DNA of 64,000 nt. It comes from Bacteriovoracia bacterium. GTDB taxonomy: Bacteria > Bdellovibrionota > UBA1018 > JBFWNL01. Both the position numbers and the translations under genes were made by a program. The stretch covers positions 224,001 to 288,000 of the forward strand of contig JBFWNL010000002.1 of assembly GCA_050251055.1 (NCBI GenBank). The letters are read 5' to 3'. This document shows positions 57,082-64,000 of the stretch, piece after piece; within the stretch, counting starts at the first letter, position 1; every line of letters starts with the position of its first letter. A model generated the notes under the pieces. That model did no database searches and was not told the DNA's origin. It worked only from the letters and a program-made list of their open reading frames with translations.

Positions 57082-57504
57082 CTAATTCGCCGATGCGGAA
57101 GCCGAGCCGGAAGTCGACTTGGACTTCGTGCTGCCCGTTTTCTTACGGGTGCCGCTCGCTTTGCGGGTACGGCGAATGGTTTCCTTCGCGGCCGCTTTGC
57201 GAAGCCCCTGTAAGAGCTTCTCGATCTCTTTGCGCTGGCCGTCCACGTACTTACGAACCTTCGCGATTTCCGACGGCAGGCGCGTTTGAAGCTTCTGTAC
57301 TTCCTTGCGTTCCTTTTCGATGAACACTCGGACCTTATCTACGTCGGTCTTGATGAGCTTGCGGATTTCCTTGCCGCGAGTTTCGGCGTACTTGCGGGCT
57401 TCGTCAATCAAGGTGCCTTCCTTGATCTTGTCCTGAAACTGCTTCTGCACCGTTTGCAGGCGGCCCAAAATTTTCTTCATTTCGCCGGTCACTTTTTCTT
57501 TCAT
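57082..57504 (-). CDS. Basic coiled-coil protein with a K/S/T-rich tail
   Basis: AAAGGGG RBS; amphipathic helices; no signal peptide. Confidence 0.75.
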   Translation of the reverse strand: MKEKVTGEMKKILGRLQTVQKQFQDKIKEGTLIDEARKYAETRGKEIRKLIKTDVDKVRVFIEKERKEVQKLQTRLPSEIAKVRKYVDGQRKEIEKLLQGLRKAAAKETIRRTRKASGTRKKTGSTKSKSTSGSASASAN

Positions 57505-57566
57505 GATTACCCCTTTAATTCCCACGCTTTAGCTATCACCACGGACTTTGACCCCTAGAAAGACCA

Positions 57567-57599
57567 ATGCCCCTGCGCGTTGTTAACACGCAGGGGCAT
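57567..57599 (-). terminator. Intrinsic terminator-like hairpin
   Basis: ATGCCCCTGCG...CGCAGGGGCAT, about 30 nt after the lipoprotein stop and followed on the minus strand by TGGTCTTTCT. Confidence 0.65.
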
Positions 57600-57630
57600 G
57601 ATCGTAAAGAGCTTATATTCCAGGGTTTTT

Positions 57631-58752
57631 TTACTGGTTGTAGAGATCGTCGCCGATCACGATGCCGTTGATCGAGAGCGACTCGTCCTTGAAGGAGATC
57701 GCGAGGCGATTCTTCTTCTCGGAAATCGTAACGTCGCCGATCCACTTGGCCTCCGTGACTTGGGGGTCGACGAGCTTCGTGAGGGTCCTCACGACTTCCA
57801 CCGACTGGTCCTTACCGACGTTGCCGCTGAAGTTGATGATTTCTTGTGCGTCGTGCGCGCAGCCACAACCTTGGCCGTTAAGCGCGGCACAGCCGCACTT
57901 CGCGGCGGCTTCTCCGCCGCAGCAGGAGGCTTTGCTGCCTTCGCACTTACAGGCCTGGCCGCCTTTGGCGAGGCTCAGGGTGCCCGTGAAAGAGGACACG
58001 CCGCCATCGATCTCCGTGAGCGAGAAGCTCGACGTCACGATGTCCTTGTCCTTGATGTCCGCCACGATGTCCGCCGAAAGCTTATCGAGCTTGCCGACGT
58101 TCTTCGGGGTTTGCGAACTCACGAGATACTTGGTGTTCTTCACCGTCGTAAAACGCAGAACGGACTTACCAGTCACCACTTTCCCCATGACTCGATCGAG
58201 CGTCACTTCGGCCGAGAGGCAAGCAGCGTCTTTGCAGATCACTTCCGCCTTGGCGATCACGCCTTTTTCTTCGGCCGGAGCCGGGGCCGGTTCTTCGGCT
58301 TTCTTCGGTTCTTCAGCCTTAGGCTCTTCCGTCGGAGCCGGGCTAGTTTTCGGCTCGTCGTTGGGGGCGATTGCCGCGACTGGGCCGACTACTGGCGCGA
58401 CCGTAACTTCCGGAGCCTTCTCCATTAAGCTCGCTTTGTTCTCGGCGTTCAGCTCGCCCGTGAGGGTTCCGCTGGAAACGGTCGGTTCCGTTTTGTCGCC
58501 TTTGCCGTCAACATCGACGTAAGAGTAAGTGAGGGTCACGACTTTGCCGTTCACGGACAGGGAAGCCGTCGTCAGCGCGTCGGTCAAATTGGCAATGCGC
58601 TGCCAGGAAGCCTGCGGCGCAAGTTGCCCGTCACTTGGTTTTTGCGCTTCTTTCTGCTTACGGGGGCCCAAGCCGGCTCCGCAGCCAACACTCGCTACCG
58701 CCACACCCAACACCAAGGCTAAACGGATCAACTTATGGTTCTTCAAAGACAT
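57631..58752 (-). CDS. Lipoprotein with a Pro/Glu-rich linker and a Cys-rich insert
   Basis: GGAGG RBS; lipobox SVGC; EEPK/APAP linker; 8-Cys segment. Confidence 0.85.
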   Translation of the reverse strand: MSLKNHKLIRLALVLGVAVASVGCGAGLGPRKQKEAQKPSDGQLAPQASWQRIANLTDALTTASLSVNGKVVTLTYSYVDVDGKGDKTEPTVSSGTLTGELNAENKASLMEKAPEVTVAPVVGPVAAIAPNDEPKTSPAPTEEPKAEEPKKAEEPAPAPAEEKGVIAKAEVICKDAACLSAEVTLDRVMGKVVTGKSVLRFTTVKNTKYLVSSQTPKNVGKLDKLSADIVADIKDKDIVTSSFSLTEIDGGVSSFTGTLSLAKGGQACKCEGSKASCCGGEAAAKCGCAALNGQGCGCAHDAQEIINFSGNVGKDQSVEVVRTLTKLVDPQVTEAKWIGDVTISEKKNRLAISFKDESLSINGIVIGDDLYNQ

Positions 58753-58840
58753 GACAATTCCTCCAAATTTTGGGTGAATATGCCGCAACGCGTCTAAGTT
58801 GACAATAAGAATTCGATAATTCTTGTCTTTTTTAATATAG

Positions 58841-58870
58841 TATTTAATATTTTGATTTTATTGACTTTTA
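58841..58870. repeat. 30-bp AT-rich motif, copy 2 (IHF-like)
   Basis: TATTTAATATTTTGATTTTATTGACTTTTA; 27/30 identical to 43427-43456. Confidence 0.6.
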
Positions 58871-60544
58871 GCTATCCCAGCTTTTGGCGATGGGTACTCT
58901 CCGGCCAATCCCAAATGCCTTGGGGCTAGTTTTAAGGGCGGGCGCGGCCTGCCGACGCTTGTATTCGTTGAGCTCGACCCGACGTAAAGTCTCCTTCACC
59001 CAGCCCACCTTCGCCAGCCGCGAACCGTGGGTTTTCTCAAGCTCTGCCATCGAAAGCCCCCCTTCCAGATAGTCTTCCAACAAAGGGTCGAGCACCTCAT
59101 AGGGAGGGAGCGTATCGGAATCCTTCTGGTTCGGCCGCAACTCGGCGGTCGGCTCGCGCGTGATCGAGCGTTCAGGAATCGGGTGGCCCCAGGCTGAATT
59201 CAAGTGCTTGGCCAACTCATACACTCGCAGCTTAAATAGATCGCCGATTGGATCGAGTGCGCCCACCATATCGCCATAAAGGGTGGAGTAGCCCATCGCG
59301 AGTTCGGATTTGTTACCGGTGGTGAGCACGAGCGCGCCGTAGTGATTGGCGAGGGTCATTAAAATGGTTCCGCGCAGGCGCGATTGCAAATTCTCAAGCG
59401 AGAGCGGCGCGAGTTCTCCGCGTCGCTCCGCAAGTTCCCGTGAGAGGGTGGCGTAGATGAATTTAATGGGGCGTACCTCGAGGCTGACCTTCAGATTCTT
59501 AGCGAGCGCTTCGGCGTCGGCGAGGCTGTCCGGCGACGAGTACTGGCTCGGCATCGCGATGCCCATCACGTTCCCGGGGCCGAGCGCCTTAGCCGCGAGC
59601 GTGGCGACGAGCGCGGAATCGATGCCGCCGCTGAGACCGATGATCGCCTTTTTGAAGCCCGTGCGTTCGAAGTACGAGCGGATCCCGAGTACGAGCGCGC
59701 GCGCTAGTCCTTCGATCTCCGCGGGCGCATCGACCGCCGCCGGCGTTGGCCCCTGCCACTGGACTTGGCCGGAATCGCTCACACGCACCAAGGCGAAAGC
59801 GTTTTCACAAACCGGCAAACGGCCCGCCAGGGTGCCCGAACTACTCACGGCGAATGAAGCGCCATCGAAAATAATCTCGTCGGTCGCGCCCACCTGGTTC
59901 ACGTATACCAGCGGGACGTTCAGGCTCTTCGCCACGCCCGCGTGCAGGGTTTCCCGCCGTTCGCGCTTATGCATCTGGTAGGGACTTGCGCTCATGGAAA
60001 TCAGCAGATCCGCCTCGCATTCGCGATAGCGGTCGATGGGGGGCTTCGCGTAAAGCCGCTGCCCCTGAATGGATTCGTCGGCCCAAAGGTCCTCGCAAAT
60101 CGCGAAGGCCACGCGCCGACCATCGCAGGTCCAGACGTCCACCTTCTGGGCGGGCTCGAAATAGCGGGCTTCATCGAAAACATCGTAAGTCGGCAGCAAG
60201 GTCTTGGCTTGGCGGAAAACTTCCTCGCCATTTTCCAAGACACAGAGAGAATTCTGCGCCGGGCGGCCGTGCGGAGCGGGATTGCGGGTAACCAAACCCA
60301 CCGCGAGCGCGCATTTCTGCCCGCGGGTAGCGGCTTTCACTTCCGCCAGCGCTCTCTCGCAGCGCTCGAAGATCTCTTTTCGCTCCAGCAAATCATGCGG
60401 AGGATATCCGCACAAAGAGAGCTCTGGCGTGATCAGCAGGCGCGCGCCCGTTTTGAGCGCCGTCGCGTAAGCTTCAATGATCTTTTTGACGTTACCGTCG
60501 AACGCCCCGACGATCGGATCGATCTGCGCGACGGCGATGTCCAT
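58868..60544 (-). CDS. nadE: Glutamine-dependent NAD+ synthetase
   Basis: Nitrilase domain TPEL, KTLLPTYDVFDE, ICED; synthetase motifs GLSGGIDS, ENLQSR, TGNKSE and PTAELRPNQ.D. Confidence 0.97.
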   Translation of the reverse strand: MDIAVAQIDPIVGAFDGNVKKIIEAYATALKTGARLLITPELSLCGYPPHDLLERKEIFERCERALAEVKAATRGQKCALAVGLVTRNPAPHGRPAQNSLCVLENGEEVFRQAKTLLPTYDVFDEARYFEPAQKVDVWTCDGRRVAFAICEDLWADESIQGQRLYAKPPIDRYRECEADLLISMSASPYQMHKRERRETLHAGVAKSLNVPLVYVNQVGATDEIIFDGASFAVSSSGTLAGRLPVCENAFALVRVSDSGQVQWQGPTPAAVDAPAEIEGLARALVLGIRSYFERTGFKKAIIGLSGGIDSALVATLAAKALGPGNVMGIAMPSQYSSPDSLADAEALAKNLKVSLEVRPIKFIYATLSRELAERRGELAPLSLENLQSRLRGTILMTLANHYGALVLTTGNKSELAMGYSTLYGDMVGALDPIGDLFKLRVYELAKHLNSAWGHPIPERSITREPTAELRPNQKDSDTLPPYEVLDPLLEDYLEGGLSMAELEKTHGSRLAKVGWVKETLRRVELNEYKRRQAAPALKTSPKAFGIGRRVPIAKSWDS

Positions 60545-60565
60545 GGGACGCCTAAGCCGGAGCGC

Positions 60566-60994
60566 CTAGAAGCGCTTCTGGACTTCGCTCTTGTCGAAGA
60601 AGTAAGCGATCTCGCGTTTGGCGGAGTTCGCGCTATCGGAGCCATGCACGGCGTTGGCTTCGATGCTATCGGCGAAGTCCTTACGGATGGTGCCCGGGTT
60701 GGCTTTGGCCGGATCGGTGGCACCCATGATTTCGCGGTTGAGCGCGATGGCATTTTCGCCTTCGAGTACCATCAACATCACTGGGCCGCTCGTCATGAAA
60801 TGTACGAGGCTTTGGAAAAATGGGCGTTCCTTGTGCTCGATGTAGAAACCTTCGGCCTTCTCGCGCGTCAGCTGCGTGAACTTCGCCGCCGCCACCCGCA
60901 AGCCGCGCTTCTCGAAGCGAGTCATGATTTCGCCCATCGCATTCTTTTGAACCGCGTTCGGCTTGATGATGGAAAAGGTTTGTTCGAGTGCCAT
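60566..60994 (-). CDS. ndk: Nucleoside diphosphate kinase
   Basis: TFSIIKP, FY.EH..RPFF, MGAT, GTIR and NAVHGSDS motifs. Confidence 0.98.
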   Translation of the reverse strand: MALEQTFSIIKPNAVQKNAMGEIMTRFEKRGLRVAAAKFTQLTREKAEGFYIEHKERPFFQSLVHFMTSGPVMLMVLEGENAIALNREIMGATDPAKANPGTIRKDFADSIEANAVHGSDSANSAKREIAYFFDKSEVQKRF

Positions 60995-61087
60995 GAAGTG
61001 TCTCCGTATAAAAATTTCGTGGTTGGAAAATAACTACTGGATTTGACCGAAAAGTACCAGCGAAAATATCACTGCAACGCGTCAATA

Positions 61088-62809
61088 TCAGGGTTTCTGC
61101 AGGATCCCCTTTAGAAGCACTTTATCGTCAATTTGGCTCAAAAATACGGTTTTCCAGCGATGACCCAGAAACTCGATTTCCCGGTCCCCCGCCGATTGAA
61201 CATATTTCTGCCGATCCGGTTTGACCGCGAGCAAAATGCCGATTTCCGGTAACTCCCCGAGCGACCGTAGTTGCCGAATGGCCTCCGGATGCCCCATCGG
61301 ACGGCCGATGGAAGCAAAGCACGGCCGGCACTCCGACAGAAAGGAAAACTGGTTGGATTGCCAATAGTCGTCCGACAGCACAAAGGGGACACCCCCCCCC
61401 CGAAACGTCCGGATCACCTCGATGCGAAAATCGCGCTCGCGAAGGAGTGCGGGATCCTGGACGTTAGCGACACGGACCGCGAAATGGGAGGCCGCGAAGA
61501 GCGCGAGCAACGCGGTAAGCACGCCGCGCACGTTGCGCGACGGATGGGCCGACGCGGCCTGGGCCACCGCGCCCAAGGCTACCACCAAAAAAGGGAGGCT
61601 CGGCGCTAAGTACCGGTCTTCGCCCGACGTGTAGGTGCGAACGAGTAAAAACGCTACGCCACAAAGCGCCGCTCCCCACGCGACGGGCACAAAGCGCGCT
61701 CCCCTAGTCCCTCGCTTTCCGCTCAATCGCGCGGCAATCATACCCACGCCCAAGGCCAGTACCGCCACCGCGAGCAGGCGAAAAAATACGGGCTCCCCGG
61801 CACCGAAGATATTCGTTAGGGCTACCGGCAACCGCGGCAACGTCTGCGCTAATCCTCCGAGCGGTGAAAGCTGGCCCGTCACGAAATCCACGTACACCTG
61901 CCGGGTCAGCCAGCCGTAGACTTGCGGCGAAAATCCGAGCGCGAATCCGGCCGCCACGCATCCCAGGCGCGGCCAAAACCGCGCATTCCGCCACGGACGG
62001 CGGGACGCCACCCAGGTCGCGGCCGCCACGACCCCGGCCACCAGCAGATTCGGCCGGGAGTCGAGCTTGATCACTCGTTCGCCCACTCGGAAAAGTTCGC
62101 GACCAAAGATCTCGACGTAGAAAAAAAGCGCCACGAAAAAGTAAGAAACCCAGTACCCTTTACGTCGCGCCCGCAACGCATCGACAATGGCGGCTTTCAC
62201 CTCGGAGAAGTTCACCCAAAAAACGAAGACATAAATCAACCCGGGACTCCAGGTATACACCGCGAGCCCGCTGAGACCTCCCGCCCAAAAGAGCGCACGA
62301 GGGCTCATTTCCCGGAAAGGATCGGCGTAGCGAGCCCGCCACGCCAGCAATGCCATGCCGATGAGGAGTGTGGCGTGCAAGAAGTCGTGCTGACCGACGT
62401 ACCGCCAGTACTGCAAACCCACCGCGCACACGAGCCCGCCCACGAGCGCGGCCCGCCCATCGAAATAGGCCCGCAGCAATCCATATGCAAAAAGCGCGAA
62501 GAGCGTCGGCGCGAAGACAAACGAGAAGAACAGGTGACTATTGACGGAAGGCGCGCGCCAAATGCCGCCGGCCAGTACCGTGTATACCGCGGTCACGACG
62601 GCGCGCAGATTGGTGAGCGTCGTACCCCCGTACGGGTGATCGAAATAAAAAGGCATCCACCCCTGACGCCAATACCAGTCCGAGGCGGCGGGCACAGTGG
62701 CCAGGTCGGCGTCCACCCACGCGGAGCCCACCGGAACGAGAAAAAAATGAGTAATCCCGGAGACCGCGGCGATCACTAGCCACGGCCAGAACGGAGCGCG
62801 CGGGCGCAA
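61088..62809 (-). CDS. Polytopic membrane protein, GT-C/ArnT-like glycosyltransferase
   Basis: Acidic DAD after TM1; PFYF...YGG; about 12 hydrophobic segments; RYL.P; C-terminal DYW domain. Confidence 0.65.
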   Translation of the reverse strand: MRPRAPFWPWLVIAAVSGITHFFLVPVGSAWVDADLATVPAASDWYWRQGWMPFYFDHPYGGTTLTNLRAVVTAVYTVLAGGIWRAPSVNSHLFFSFVFAPTLFALFAYGLLRAYFDGRAALVGGLVCAVGLQYWRYVGQHDFLHATLLIGMALLAWRARYADPFREMSPRALFWAGGLSGLAVYTWSPGLIYVFVFWVNFSEVKAAIVDALRARRKGYWVSYFFVALFFYVEIFGRELFRVGERVIKLDSRPNLLVAGVVAAATWVASRRPWRNARFWPRLGCVAAGFALGFSPQVYGWLTRQVYVDFVTGQLSPLGGLAQTLPRLPVALTNIFGAGEPVFFRLLAVAVLALGVGMIAARLSGKRGTRGARFVPVAWGAALCGVAFLLVRTYTSGEDRYLAPSLPFLVVALGAVAQAASAHPSRNVRGVLTALLALFAASHFAVRVANVQDPALLRERDFRIEVIRTFRGGGVPFVLSDDYWQSNQFSFLSECRPCFASIGRPMGHPEAIRQLRSLGELPEIGILLAVKPDRQKYVQSAGDREIEFLGHRWKTVFLSQIDDKVLLKGILQKP

Positions 62810-62817
62810 TCAGCCGC

Positions 62818-63045
62818 CTAGTCGGAAACCTGATCGGGCCCGAACTCCACTGGCGGCGGTACAACATCGATCAGGGAGTGGTCCACCCCCAGCTCAACGT
62901 CCGCGTTGAACTCCGGCGTGAGCTCCGCGGCCGCGCTTTCGGTCGTGATCTGGTCGGTCTCCAAGGTGTAGTCCTCCGCCCAGACCGACGTGCTCGTCAA
63001 GGCGAAGGCGAGAGCGATGAATTTCCAAGGCTGGGAAGTCCACAT
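62818..63045 (-). CDS. Small acidic secreted protein
   Basis: AAGGA RBS; signal peptide ending VWA; follows sucD by 4 nt. Confidence 0.6.
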   Translation of the reverse strand: MWTSQPWKFIALAFALTSTSVWAEDYTLETDQITTESAAAELTPEFNADVELGVDHSLIDVVPPPVEFGPDQVSD

Positions 63046-63049
63046 AGAA

Positions 63050-63922
63050 TTATCCTTTCACGACGGAGGCGAGGGTTTTGCCTAGGTCCGCGGGGCTGCG
63101 CGCGATCTTGCAACCGGCGGATTGCAGCGCCTGGAACTTCTCTTCGGCGGTGCCCTTCCCGCCCGAGATGATGGCGCCCGCATGGCCCATGCGTTTGCCC
63201 GGAGGCGCCGTCGCGCCGCCAATGAAGCCAACCACGGGCTTCTTGAACTCCCGCTTGATGTACTCCGCCGCTTCCTCTTCCGCCGTGCCGCCAATTTCGC
63301 CGATCATGATCACGCCCTGGGTGTTCGCATCGGCGTTGAAAGCCTCCAGCACATCAATGAAGTTCGTGCCGTTGACGGGGTCGCCGCCGATACCCACGCA
63401 GGTGCTCTGGCCGATGCCGAGCTGGGTGAGCTGGAAAACCGCTTCGTACGTGAGCGTACCAGAGCGCGAAACCACGCCGATACCGCCCGCCTTGTGAATG
63501 TGGCCCGGCATGATGCCGATCTTGCATTGGCCGGGAGTAATGATGCCCGGGCAGTTCGGGCCAATCAAACGCGATTTCGTCGACTTCAAATAGCGCTTGG
63601 TCGCGAGCATGTCGCGAACCGGAATCCCTTCGGTGATACAGGTAATGAGGGCAATGCCCGCATCGGCCGCTTCGCAAATCGCATCGGCCGCGAACGGGGG
63701 CGGAACGAAGATCATCGTGGCATTCGCGCCCGTTTTCTTCACCGCTTCCTCAACCGTATCAAAAACCGGGAAACCTTCGTGAGTAGTGCCGCCCTTGCCC
63801 GGGGTCACGCCGCCGACCACCTTCGTGCCGTAATCACGACAGCCTTTCGCGTGAAAGGTGCCCTGTTCACCGGTCAATCCCTGCACAATCAGTTTCGTGT
63901 TGTTATCTACCCAAATGGCCAT
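63050..63922 (-). CDS. sucD: Succinyl-CoA synthetase alpha subunit
   Basis: [33 protein letters not shown] and MGHAGA motifs. Confidence 0.98.
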   Translation of the reverse strand: MAIWVDNNTKLIVQGLTGEQGTFHAKGCRDYGTKVVGGVTPGKGGTTHEGFPVFDTVEEAVKKTGANATMIFVPPPFAADAICEAADAGIALITCITEGIPVRDMLATKRYLKSTKSRLIGPNCPGIITPGQCKIGIMPGHIHKAGGIGVVSRSGTLTYEAVFQLTQLGIGQSTCVGIGGDPVNGTNFIDVLEAFNADANTQGVIMIGEIGGTAEEEAAEYIKREFKKPVVGFIGGATAPPGKRMGHAGAIISGGKGTAEEKFQALQSAGCKIARSPADLGKTLASVVKG

Positions 63923-63949
63923 GGTTTTCTCCGCCTAATCCTTTAAAAG

Positions 63950-64000
63950 TTACTTGAGCGCCGCGACGACTTTCTTCGCCGCATCACCGAGATCGTCCGC
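63950..64000 (-). CDS. sucC: 3' end of succinyl-CoA synthetase beta subunit (partial)
   Basis: The minus strand reads ADDLGDAAKKVVAALK*, the typical SucC C-terminus, directly upstream of sucD. Confidence 0.85.
   Translation of the reverse strand, partial: ADDLGDAAKKVVAALK

Noticed and set aside
57580-58522. Long antisense ORFs (also 23603-24547, 47734-48897, 59942-61033, 63122-63946 and others)
   Set aside because: They are shadows of strongly GC-biased real genes on the opposite strand, with no motifs or start signals.
1-64000. CRISPR arrays, tRNA/rRNA, IS elements, prophage and defence systems
   Set aside because: No regularly spaced repeats, cloverleaf signatures, transposase, integrase or phage structural motifs were seen by eye. 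radC here is the full-length housekeeping type.

Overview
Bacterial chromosomal segment, GC-rich in coding regions with short AT-rich intergenic stretches, about 56 genes. No rRNA, tRNA, CRISPR array, integrase or transposase was recognisable. Housekeeping genes are mnmC, mtgA, nadE, ndk, sucD, the 3' end of sucC, bcp, elbB, radC, a DTW-domain tRNA enzyme and a delta-9 desaturase. They are interspersed with many secreted, lipo- and outer-membrane proteins: three subtilases, two clan-CD-like cysteine peptidases, a zincin, beta-barrels, Ig-repeat giants and five prepilin-type proteins. This content suggests a predatory Bdellovibrionota/Oligoflexia-like organism (inference). The best candidates for uncharacterised systems are: (1) a DUF1501-type gene coupled to a 1285-aa lipoprotein with two CxxCH haem domains separated by about nine Ig-like repeats; (2) a double ATP-grasp ligase coupled to a DmpA-type peptidase; (3) an active subtilase coupled to a paralogue that has lost its catalytic Asp and His; (4) a metallothionein-like insert in a lipoprotein and a eukaryote-like Cys-rich domain on a pentapeptide-repeat protein. 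Non-coding signals include repeated leaderless-type promoter geometry, two sigma-54 promoters, a shared 30-bp AT-rich (IHF-like) motif, several operator-like palindromes, two signal peptides encoded on opposite strands of the same DNA, and a G10 tract in a GT-C-like gene. All family assignments come from motif recognition by eye; no database searches were run.
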